From Sulfuricaulis sp. (lineage in GTDB: Bacteria; Pseudomonadota; Gammaproteobacteria; Acidiferrobacterales; Sulfurifustaceae): a DNA stretch of 64,000 bases. Below the pieces are notes generated by a model. The model worked only from the letters and a program-made list of their open reading frames with translations, ran no database searches and was not told where the DNA came from. Positions 42,936 through 51,055 of the stretch are shown here, piece by piece (position 1 is the first letter of the stretch; each line of letters starts with the position of its first letter). The translations under genes were made by a program, and so were the position numbers. The stretch spans positions 51,088-115,087 of the forward strand of contig NZ_JANLGY010000017.1 of NCBI RefSeq assembly GCF_024653915.1, read 5' to 3'.

Positions 42936-43481
42936 ATGCGGAACGGGAGAACATCCAAAGCCAGGGACTACGACGCGGTTGTGGCCACGCCCATCGGCCG
43001 GGTCGGGATCGTGGTGCAGGACGACGCGCTGGTGGACGTGAACTTTCTCGGCATGTCCGCCGCCTTGCAGGCCCCGCGCACGAACATGGCGCGCCGGGCT
43101 TGTCGCCAGATCCGATCCTATTTCATCAATCCCCGTCTTTCCTTTCGCCTTCCGTTGAAGCTGTCGGGGACGGCGTTCCAGCAGCGCGTGTGGCGCGCGT
43201 TGCAGCGCATTCCCGTGGGCCAGACGCTCAGTTACGGCGTGCTGGCGAAGAAACTCGATACCTCGGCACGTGCCGTGGGCAATGCCTGCCGTGCCAACCC
43301 TGTCCCCATCATCGTTCCGTGTCATCGCGTCGTCGCAGCGGGTTACGGCGATGTACAGGGAAGTACAAGTGTCGCGGGAAGCAGGAAGCTGAGAGCGACC
43401 GTCGGCGGTTTCATGGGCAAGCGCTCGGGTTCCCCGTTGAATCTGAAGCATTGGCTGCTGGAGCATGAGCGCAGGGAATAA
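42936..43481 (+). CDS. ogt: Methylated-DNA-protein-cysteine methyltransferase (Ogt family) with an extra loop
   Basis: FQQRVWRALQRIPVGQTLSYG, ARAVGNAC and NPVPIIVPCHRVV (active-site Cys) motifs, KHWLLEHE end; start uncertain. Confidence 0.93.
   Translation: MRNGRTSKARDYDAVVATPIGRVGIVVQDDALVDVNFLGMSAALQAPRTNMARRACRQIRSYFINPRLSFRLPLKLSGTAFQQRVWRALQRIPVGQTLSYGVLAKKLDTSARAVGNACRANPVPIIVPCHRVVAAGYGDVQGSTSVAGSRKLRATVGGFMGKRSGSPLNLKHWLLEHERRE
43344..43400. repeat. Palindromic element apparently inserted in frame in ogt
   Basis: TGTAC-AGGGAA-GTACA (43352-67) and GTCGC...GCGAC (43371-99); encodes YGDVQGSTSVAGSRKLRAT with atypical codons. Confidence 0.72.
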
Positions 43482-44361
43482 GGACCTCATCGAACGTTTT
43501 TGCGACGCTCTGTGGTTGCAGGATGGGCTGAGCGCGAACACGCTCGAAGCCTACCGGCGTGATCTGGAAGGACTGGATCGCTGGTTTACCAAACGCGGCA
43601 CGGCGCTGGCATCGGCCTCGCGCGCCGATCTGCAGGAGTATCTTTCCCAATGCGTCAGCAAAAAAAGTGCACGTACGGCTGCGCGATTGCTGTCCAGCCT
43701 GCGCCGGTTTTACGGTCATCTGGTGCGTGAAGAAAAAATCAAAACCGACCCTACGGCGCTGATCGACTCGCCCAAGCTCGGCCGGCCCTTGCCGAAATCG
43801 CTGTCTGAAGAGCAGGTGGAAAAACTGCTGGAATCGCCGGATGTCGCGAAGCCTCTCGGCCTGCGCGACCGCGCCATGCTGGAAACGCTCTATGCCACCG
43901 GCCTGCGCGTGTCGGAGCTGGTGGGCCTGACGCTGTCGCAGGTGAGCCTGACGCAGGGCGTGGTGCGCGTCATCGGCAAGGGCGACAAGGAACGGCTGGT
44001 GCCGCTGGGCGAAGAAGCCATCTCGTGGATCAGCCGCTATCTCGCCGAAGGTCGTCCCAAGCTGGTGCGCAGCCGCTCGACCGATGCGCTGTTCACCACC
44101 ACCCGCGGCGGCCCCATGACCCGCCAGGCCTACTGGCATAACCTCAAAAACCACACCCGCAAGGCCGGCATTGAACCCAAAAGACTGTCACCCCACACCC
44201 TGCGCCACGCTTTTGCCACGCATCTGCTCAACCACGGCGCCGATTTACGCGTGGTACAGATGCTCCTCGGCCACGCCGACCTTTCCACCACGCAGATTTA
44301 CACCCACGTCGCACAGGCGAGATTGAAGACATTGCACGAGCAGCATCATCCGAGGGGGTAG
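43465..44361 (+). CDS. xerD: Tyrosine recombinase XerD
   Basis: RDRAMLETLYATGLRVSEL, GKGDKERLVP, SPHTLRHAFATHLLNHGADLRVVQMLLGH and TQIYTHV; all catalytic R-K-H-R-H-Y residues present. Confidence 0.97.
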   Translation: MSAGNKDLIERFCDALWLQDGLSANTLEAYRRDLEGLDRWFTKRGTALASASRADLQEYLSQCVSKKSARTAARLLSSLRRFYGHLVREEKIKTDPTALIDSPKLGRPLPKSLSEEQVEKLLESPDVAKPLGLRDRAMLETLYATGLRVSELVGLTLSQVSLTQGVVRVIGKGDKERLVPLGEEAISWISRYLAEGRPKLVRSRSTDALFTTTRGGPMTRQAYWHNLKNHTRKAGIEPKRLSPHTLRHAFATHLLNHGADLRVVQMLLGHADLSTTQIYTHVAQARLKTLHEQHHPRG

Positions 44362-44497
44362 GGTATCGCGCGCTTTGCGCGCGATACCATTCAAGGCCTG
44401 GATTCCGGTTTTCACCGGAATGACGAAAGGGAAAAAGCCGCCTTTCGGCGGCTTTTTATTTACCCCTCTCCTTAATCCTCTCCCGCAAGGGGAGAGG
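44362..44497. repeat. Composite: 12-bp hairpin, inverted 27-nt palindrome, bidirectional terminator (44432-44457) and inverted 36-nt palindrome
   Basis: GGTATCGCGCGC-TTT-GCGCGCGATACC (44362-88); CTGGATTCCGGTTTTCACCGGAATGAC (44398-424); A5-GCCGCC-TTTC-GGCGGC-T5; acccctctccttaatcctctcccgcaaggggagagg (44462-97). Confidence 0.88.
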
Positions 44498-44504
44498 AGA
44501 GATA

Positions 44505-45251
44505 TCAATGATAAGCCGACCGATTAATCTGATCGTGATCCACATCCGGATCAAACACCTCCACTCCCGGTACTCGTTTGTAGCCGAGGACGAGGGCGAT
44601 CTTGTGGATGAGGGTTTTCCAGTTGAGTGAGTTGACGCGGCGACGCAGGACGTCGTTGACTTCTAGCGTCAGTTTTTCATGTTCCTTTTCCAGCGCCGGC
44701 AGCTTGTGAAAATAGCGCAGCGCGAGCCAGGCGTAGGCCACCGGCAGCAGTTTGACGATCAGGGACGGGTTTGCCATCGCAAGCCACATGACGATGAAGC
44801 TGACGCCGGCGAAAATGAAGAACAAACCATAGCGCACGGCCTTGGCGTACTCGTCGCGATTGCGTTCCATGGCCTCGCGCAGTCGCCGCTCGGCATTGCG
44901 TGAAGCGATGGAGTGCGCGTAATGGATGTCGCGGAACATGCTCAGCGTTTTGAGCATGCGCTCGCTATGACGCCGGTTCTCGATGCCGAATGAATCCAGC
45001 GCCGATTGGAGGCTTTCGCGGAACTGGCGGTAATTCGGCGTGGCAGCCGGTTCCTTGTAGCGGTCGGCGGTGTGGTTGATCAGGTAACGCAGTTCCAGCA
45101 CGTTCGCGATCTTCATCGGAAAGCGCAAGCTGATGAACTTGGTGTAGAACGTGTGAAAGCCGTCAGGCGTCAGGTTCAGCCCAGAGAAATCCTGCGCCAG
45201 TTCCCGCTGCTGAGCCCTTTCTTTCCTTCGTTTGCTAGTTGTTTTTTTCAT
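44505..45251 (-). CDS. Hypothetical protein with two C-terminal-half TM helices
   Basis: Long ORF with GC3-rich codons; hydrophobic pair GLFFIFAGVSFIVMWLAM and LIVKLLPVAYAWLAL; start ATG 45251 inferred. Confidence 0.75.
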   Translation of the reverse strand: MKKTTSKRRKERAQQRELAQDFSGLNLTPDGFHTFYTKFISLRFPMKIANVLELRYLINHTADRYKEPAATPNYRQFRESLQSALDSFGIENRRHSERMLKTLSMFRDIHYAHSIASRNAERRLREAMERNRDEYAKAVRYGLFFIFAGVSFIVMWLAMANPSLIVKLLPVAYAWLALRYFHKLPALEKEHEKLTLEVNDVLRRRVNSLNWKTLIHKIALVLGYKRVPGVEVFDPDVDHDQINRSAYH

Positions 45252-45421
45252 GAATGGAAAAGCTCGCTCAATATCCTGCCCCGTTTTCATGATATTGAAC
45301 CGTCCTGTAGTTCTAATGGAAACTAGGATAACGGATAAAGCAGGGGTTTTCTACCGCCGGGCTGGCGCCCCGGGAACGGTCGTAGCTTAGAGACTGTGTC
45401 AGAACAAATACAAAAATCATG

Positions 45422-45499
45422 AACCACGGGGTCCACGGGGAGAAATGAATAGGATCATGCCTTCATCCCAGCCTGGTTTTCCCCGTGCTCCCCGTGGTT
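45422..45499. repeat. Inverted repeat with 9-nt-periodic arms (CACGGGG x2) just after the rep stop
   Basis: aaccacggggtccacgggga (45422-41) and tccccgtgctccccgtggtt (45480-99). Confidence 0.92.
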
Positions 45500-45506
45500 G
45501 AAATTC

Positions 45507-47519
45507 TTAACTATTACCCAGCATGTTCCGCAGGTTGGCGACATGGATGTCGGCGCGGCCGAGCATAGCCTGAGCATCAGGCTCCCGGTCCGGCTCCTCC
45601 CACTTGAGGTCATCCGATGGTAATTCCCTGAGGAAACGGCTGGATTCGCAGATGATGACCTCGCCGCCGCGCTTGCGCCGGTCGACAAAGGAGAATGTCA
45701 GCGTTTGGCGCGCGCGCGTCATGGCCACGTAGGCGAGACGGCGTTCTTCTTCCACGCCGGCCTCCGACTTGTTCTGATGTTGCGGCATCAGGCCTTCTTC
45801 CATGCCGACGATGAAAACATGCGGAAATTCCAGGCCCTTGGCGGCGTGCACGGTCATGAGCGAAACCAGATCGCCGGGATTTTCCTGATCGCCTTTATCC
45901 AGGATGCCCGAGAGCGTCAGCCGCGCGACCAGGTCGCTGAGCGTCAAGTCCTCTTCCTGGCGCGCGAGACGCTGGATCCAGCCCACCAGTTCCAGCACGT
46001 TTTCCATGCGGCGTTGTGCGATCTTTTGATCGTTGCAGATGTCCTTGAGCCAATCTTCATAATGCAGGTCGGTCAGCATGTCGCACACGAGTTTGCCCGG
46101 CTCATCATCTTCCGACTTGGTGATCATTTCCATCAGCCAGTGCGTGAAACCGCGCAACGTTGTTTCCTGACGTGCGGTAAGTTTCGTGTCGATGCCGGGA
46201 TCCATGGACGCTTGCAACAGGCTCGTGTTCAGTTCGGCGGCATGCGCGGAGAGCAGCTCCAGTGTGGCCGGAACGATTTCGCGCCGCGGCGTGTTGATCA
46301 CGCGCAGGAAGGCATTGTCATCGCCCGGGTTGCATAGCAGGCGCAGATAGGCCATGACGTCCTTGATCTCGGTCTTGTCGAAGAATGACGTCCCGCCGCT
46401 CTGAAAATGCGGAATGCGCCGCTCGCGCAACACGCGCTCGAGCACGCGCGACTGATTGTTCTCCCGGAACAGGATGGCGTAATCCCTGAAATCCGTGTTG
46501 TTCTTGAATTTGTGATTCAGCAATTCGGAAATAACGCGCTCGGCCTCGTGCTCCTCGCCGCGTGCCCGCAGCACGCGCAGCGACTCGCCGTAATCGCGGT
46601 CGCACCACAGCGATTTCTCGAAGAGATGGGAGTTATTCGCAATCAGGGCATTGGCGGCCTTGAGAATCCGCCCGCTCGAACGGTAGTTCTGCTCGAGCTT
46701 GATTACCTTAAGTAGCGGGAAATCCTGTTGCAGCTGTTTCAGGTTCTCCGGATGTGCGCCGCGCCAGGCATAGATGGACTGGTCGTCATCGCCCACCACG
46801 GTGAGCGCACCGCGATCGCCGGCCAGTAGTTTGACGAGCTGGTACTGGCATAAATTTGTGTCCTGGAATTCGTCCACCAGCAGGTAACGCACGCGCTGGC
46901 GCCATTCCGCCAGTAGTTCCGGGTGCTCCTGGAGGAGCCGCACCGGCTTGAGGATGAGGTCGTCGAGATCCATGGCGTTGTACGCCTGGAGGTGGCGTTC
47001 GTATTCGCCGTAGATCCGCGCTGCCACGTCCTGGATGGTTTCGCCCCCGGCCGTGAGTGGCGCTTCCGCTGGCGACACCAGGTTGTTTTTCCATAACGAG
47101 ATCTGGTGCCGTACGGCCTCGGCAGGGTTAATCTTGCCGGTGTATTGTCCGCGCAGTAGCTTGCTGAGCAGTGCCTGGCTGTCTTCGCCGTCGTACAGCG
47201 AGAAGCCCGGCCGGTAACCGATATCGCTCAGGTGCTCGCGCAGGATTTTCAGGCCGAAGGTATGGAAGGTCGAGATGAGCAGTTCCTTGCTGTATTCGCC
47301 GTTCATCAGATCGGACACGCGCGATTTCATTTCGCGTGCGGCCCTGTTGGTGAAGGTGATGGCGACGATATGGCGCGGGGCAATGCCGTAGTCGCGGATA
47401 AGCCAGGAGATTTTACGGGTAATGACGGAGGTCTTGCCGCTGCCCGCGCCCGCCAGCACCAGCAGGGGGCCATTGACGTACTGCACGGCCGCTTTCTGTG
47501 GCGGGTTCAGTTTAGGCAA
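45507..47519 (-). CDS. rep: ATP-dependent DNA helicase Rep (UvrD/Rep family)
   Basis: LVLAGAGSGKTSVI, LLVDEFQDTN, VVGDDDQSIYAWRGA, LEQNYRS, TVHAAKGLEF and EEERRLAYVAMTRA; 670 aa without a UvrD C-terminal tail. Confidence 0.92.
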   Translation of the reverse strand: MPKLNPPQKAAVQYVNGPLLVLAGAGSGKTSVITRKISWLIRDYGIAPRHIVAITFTNRAAREMKSRVSDLMNGEYSKELLISTFHTFGLKILREHLSDIGYRPGFSLYDGEDSQALLSKLLRGQYTGKINPAEAVRHQISLWKNNLVSPAEAPLTAGGETIQDVAARIYGEYERHLQAYNAMDLDDLILKPVRLLQEHPELLAEWRQRVRYLLVDEFQDTNLCQYQLVKLLAGDRGALTVVGDDDQSIYAWRGAHPENLKQLQQDFPLLKVIKLEQNYRSSGRILKAANALIANNSHLFEKSLWCDRDYGESLRVLRARGEEHEAERVISELLNHKFKNNTDFRDYAILFRENNQSRVLERVLRERRIPHFQSGGTSFFDKTEIKDVMAYLRLLCNPGDDNAFLRVINTPRREIVPATLELLSAHAAELNTSLLQASMDPGIDTKLTARQETTLRGFTHWLMEMITKSEDDEPGKLVCDMLTDLHYEDWLKDICNDQKIAQRRMENVLELVGWIQRLARQEEDLTLSDLVARLTLSGILDKGDQENPGDLVSLMTVHAAKGLEFPHVFIVGMEEGLMPQHQNKSEAGVEEERRLAYVAMTRARQTLTFSFVDRRKRGGEVIICESSRFLRELPSDDLKWEEPDREPDAQAMLGRADIHVANLRNMLGNS

Positions 47520-47615
47520 TTCCGCTGGATCGTGATAGGAAGTGTCATGACTGGACGGGCATTCTAACCTTAATTCACAGTCGTTTGAAAGAAAAGTTTC
47601 CGGAAAAATTTATCT

Positions 47616-48521
47616 TCATTCCAGTTGCTCAAGAAAGTTTTTCATGCGTTCCCGCGTCGCGGCGGGTTTGTCCAGCAGCTGGCCAATGAGATCGAACAGG
47701 GCGTGGTGGCGGGAGCCGAACAACCGGTGGGCACGCACCATCTTCAGGGTGTGCACGCCTTCGCCTTCAAGCGCGCCGGTTTGGCCACGAACCAGCCGAC
47801 GACCCAGCTCGTGATGGTGGGAGCCCTTGCTGGTGGCCGTGGTAATCAGGTCGCCAAGGCCGGCGAGTCCGTGCGCCGCGCCCGCCGAACCGCCCAGACC
47901 GGTGACGATGCGCTCCAGCTCGTGCATGGCCGCCGTGGCAAGATAGCCCCGCATGTTGTCACCCAGGCCCAGCTCGTCTGCCACGCCGAACAGGATGGCG
48001 TAAACGTTCTTGAGCACGGCCGACCAGGAAATGCCCTCGGTGTCGGCGCTGTGTTCGAGGTAAAGCGAGGTACCGGCAAAGACATCGCGCAGGCGAGCAA
48101 AGATTTCAGCCCGTGCGGCGCCGGCTTGGGCGAAGGCCGGACGTCCGGCGCGGATTTCCTCCGAAATCATCGGTCCGTAAAGCACGGCAATTGGGGCTTC
48201 CGGACCCAGCGCTTGGGTAAGTGCCCGCGCCGCCGTGCGTCCCTCGTCGTCGAGCCCCTTGGCGATACTGACGCAGAACGTGTCCGGGCGCAGACGGGGC
48301 CGCAGCCGGGTGGCCAGCTCGAAATGGGGATTGGCCGGCAGACAGAAGATAATGATGTCCTGTTGTCCGGCGATGGATTCCAGTTCGACGGCAAGGCTGC
48401 CTGGTTGGGAGCGACGCTGCCAGACCGTGAGCGTGTGGCGCTGTTGCAGGAGGTATTCCATAGCCCGGCCCATTTCGCCGTGGCCGAGGATGAGGATTTG
48501 ATATTTATTTTTCACCGCCAA
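47616..48521 (-). CDS. NAD(P)H-dependent glycerol-3-phosphate dehydrogenase family protein (divergent GpsA-like)
   Basis: LGHGEMG dinucleotide motif, SIAKG, LKNVYAI and GLAGLGDLITT; start TTG 48521 or GTG 48515. Confidence 0.85.
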   Translation of the reverse strand: MAVKNKYQILILGHGEMGRAMEYLLQQRHTLTVWQRRSQPGSLAVELESIAGQQDIIIFCLPANPHFELATRLRPRLRPDTFCVSIAKGLDDEGRTAARALTQALGPEAPIAVLYGPMISEEIRAGRPAFAQAGAARAEIFARLRDVFAGTSLYLEHSADTEGISWSAVLKNVYAILFGVADELGLGDNMRGYLATAAMHELERIVTGLGGSAGAAHGLAGLGDLITTATSKGSHHHELGRRLVRGQTGALEGEGVHTLKMVRAHRLFGSRHHALFDLIGQLLDKPAATRERMKNFLEQLE

Positions 48522-48612
48522 GTCGCCAAGACGCCAAGAATTCAGAAAGTCTAACGAATCCCAGGGTTAAAATCCTGAATTTCATTGGCGTCCTTGGCGT
48601 CTTGGCGGTTAA
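48514..48612. repeat. Inverted repeat with 8-nt-periodic arms (CGCCAAGN x3) filling a divergent intergenic region
   Basis: accgccaagtcgccaagacgccaag (48514-38) and ttggcgtccttggcgtcttggcggttaa (48585-612). Confidence 0.92.
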
Positions 48613-48631
48613 GCACATATAGTTCCAGAGC

Positions 48632-49531
48632 ATGACTAATCGAATTATTTTCGTCCCGGGGAAAAATCCCAAGCCGCCCGCGGAAGAGCACCGGCGTCAG
48701 TTGGTGCGCAGCCTGCTCCGGGGTGTCGAGCGCGCCGACCCCGCTGTGGCGCTGGAGATCGAACGCAAACCCGACAGCTTCCAGTGCATCTCGTGGAATC
48801 CGCTCTACTATCAAAGCTACAAGCCGCTGGACGAGGATCTGCCGTGGATCGAGGCGTTGCTGAAGCAGGTTGGCCCGACCCAGGAAGATGTGCAGGAGGC
48901 GCTATCGGTTCGCCGTCGCTTCGCCTGGGTGCTTTATACGGTGGCGGATCTGTTTCATTTTCTCATTCCGTTGCTGCCGGACCCGGTCGTGAGGGCTACG
49001 ATCCGGGAAACCGCGCGTTACTTCAGCAACGACGGAGGCATCGGCCAGCAGGTACGTGAGTTGCTCAAGGTGCCACTGCGTAAAATGCTGGAGGCGGGAG
49101 ATCGTATCCTTATTATTGGCCACAGCATGGGTTCCGTGATCGCCTACGACAGCCTGTGGGAATTGACGCACATCGAGAAAAACCCCGGCCGGATCGACCT
49201 GCTCTCGCTGGGCAGCCCCTTGGGTATGCGCTTCACGCAGCAGCGCCTGCTGGGCGTGCGTGAAAAGGGGACGCAGCGTTATCCCCAAAATATCCGGCAC
49301 TGGACCAACATGACCGCGCAGGGCGACCTCACGGCCCCGGATCCCACGGTGCGCGATGATTTCAAGGCCATGCTGAAGCTGGGCGTGGTGGAGTCGATCA
49401 CCGATGTGAATGGCGGACTCTTCAATTATTTTCGCAATGAGCGGGGACTGAACGCGCATCGTTCCTATGGCTACCTCGTCAACCCCCGGGTGGGCGAGGT
49501 CATCGCGAACTGGTGGAAAGAGGGCGGATGA
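48632..49531 (+). CDS. Putative alpha/beta-hydrolase-fold protein
   Basis: Nucleophile elbow IIGHSMGS, LSLGSPLG, and a C-terminal His (NAHRSYGY). Confidence 0.75.
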   Translation: MTNRIIFVPGKNPKPPAEEHRRQLVRSLLRGVERADPAVALEIERKPDSFQCISWNPLYYQSYKPLDEDLPWIEALLKQVGPTQEDVQEALSVRRRFAWVLYTVADLFHFLIPLLPDPVVRATIRETARYFSNDGGIGQQVRELLKVPLRKMLEAGDRILIIGHSMGSVIAYDSLWELTHIEKNPGRIDLLSLGSPLGMRFTQQRLLGVREKGTQRYPQNIRHWTNMTAQGDLTAPDPTVRDDFKAMLKLGVVESITDVNGGLFNYFRNERGLNAHRSYGYLVNPRVGEVIANWWKEGG

Positions 49532-49532
49532 A

Positions 49533-50984
49533 ATGAAACAGATGATGCGGTGGAAATTCGCCATGCTTGTGGCGCTGGGCTTGTGCGGGCTTGGACCGGT
49601 TTCCGCTGTCTGGGCAGAGGCCGACAGGCTTCCCGAGCCGGTGGCGGCGGCGCTGAAGCGCCATGGCTTCCCGACGCGCGGCCTGAGTCTCTATGTGCAA
49701 GAAATCGGTCAGGACGAGCCGGTATTGTCCATTGCGGCCAATCAGCCTCGCTTTCCCGCCTCGACCATCAAGCTGCTCACCACGCTGGCGGCGCTGGAGG
49801 AACTTACCCCGGCCTGGCGCTGGAAGACCGAGGCCTATGTCACGCAACCCGTGCGTGACGGGCGCCTGGCGGGCGATCTTTATATTAAGGGTTACGGCGA
49901 CCCCTATCTGGTGATCGAGCATTTCTGGCGCCTGCTGCGTGCGCTGCGCGCGGCGGGCCTGGAAACCATCGATGGCAATCTGGTGCTTGACCAGAGCCAC
50001 TTTGCGCGTGAAGCGGGCGATGCCGCCGATTTCGATAACCAACCGCTGCGCGCCTACAATGTCCTGCCGAATGCCTTGCTGGTCAATTTTCAGGCGGTGA
50101 ATTTCCGCTTTATCCCGCAGTTGTCAGTCCAACGTGTTCAGATTATTGCCGATCCGCTGCCGGCGAATGTCGAGCTGGAGAATCGCGTGGTGCTGGCCGA
50201 TGCGGTGTGCCGCGGTTGGGCGCACCGGCTTGGCATGAAGGTGCGCCATGAAAAGGACCGCACGCGCGTGGTTTTCAGCGGCACCTATGACGCCGGCTGC
50301 GGCAACAACGAGCTGTTCCGCGTGGTGTCCGAGCCCGCGCCGTATATTCTCGGCCTGTTCCGCTTGCTGTGGACGGAACTGGGCGGGCGTTTTGCGGGCG
50401 ATGTGCGTGAGGCTACGGTCCCGGCCGAGGCCACGTTGTTCCACACCTCTTATTCGCCGCCGCTGGCGGACATCGTTCGCTCCATTAACAAGTACAGCAA
50501 CAATGTCATGGCGCGTCAGCTGTTGCTGACGCTGGGAGCCGAAAAGGCCGGAACGCCCGGTACGACGGATAAGGGTATTCAGGCGGTAAGCGAGTGGCTT
50601 AAGCGCCGTAATCTCATTTTTCCGGAACTGGTGCTGGAGAACGGGGCGGGGCTTTCACGCGAAGAGACGATCTCCGCGCGCCATCTGGGACAAGTATTAT
50701 TGGCCGGTTGGCGCAGTCCGTACATGCCGGAATTCATTTCCTCGCTACCCCTCGCAGCCATGGATGGGACCTTGCGCCGGCGCTTCAACAGTGGGGCGCT
50801 CGAGGGACAAATGCATCTCAAAACCGGCAGCCTGAACGATGTACGCAGCGTGGCGGGTTACGTGCTGGACCGCGCTGGCCGGCGTGTGGTGGTTGTCTGC
50901 CTGCATAATCAGGCTCGGGCCGACACCGCTGCCGGCGAGGCGGTGCAGGAGGCGGTGCTTCAATGGGTCCATGAGCGGCCCTGA
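49533..50984 (+). CDS. dacB: D-alanyl-D-alanine carboxypeptidase/endopeptidase (PBP4, peptidase S13)
   Basis: Signal peptide; SxxK (ASTIKL), KGYGDP, SxN (KYSNN) and KTG (LKTGSL) motifs. Confidence 0.95.
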   Translation: MKQMMRWKFAMLVALGLCGLGPVSAVWAEADRLPEPVAAALKRHGFPTRGLSLYVQEIGQDEPVLSIAANQPRFPASTIKLLTTLAALEELTPAWRWKTEAYVTQPVRDGRLAGDLYIKGYGDPYLVIEHFWRLLRALRAAGLETIDGNLVLDQSHFAREAGDAADFDNQPLRAYNVLPNALLVNFQAVNFRFIPQLSVQRVQIIADPLPANVELENRVVLADAVCRGWAHRLGMKVRHEKDRTRVVFSGTYDAGCGNNELFRVVSEPAPYILGLFRLLWTELGGRFAGDVREATVPAEATLFHTSYSPPLADIVRSINKYSNNVMARQLLLTLGAEKAGTPGTTDKGIQAVSEWLKRRNLIFPELVLENGAGLSREETISARHLGQVLLAGWRSPYMPEFISSLPLAAMDGTLRRRFNSGALEGQMHLKTGSLNDVRSVAGYVLDRAGRRVVVVCLHNQARADTAAGEAVQEAVLQWVHERP

Positions 50985-51055
50985 TATTTCAGCACTGGAC
51001 AGTCCTTATGGTATGGTCAATCCTTAAGTTTTGGCGGTCACGACGGACACACACA

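Noticed and set aside
42462-43541. 359-aa minus-strand ORF and the + strand ORFs at 42679 and 42707
   Set aside because: They run through repeat elements and antisense to ogt, with no start context or domain.
42514-45506. dif-like site near xerD
   Set aside because: No match to the 28-bp XerC/XerD consensus was seen, and xerD is not normally next to dif.
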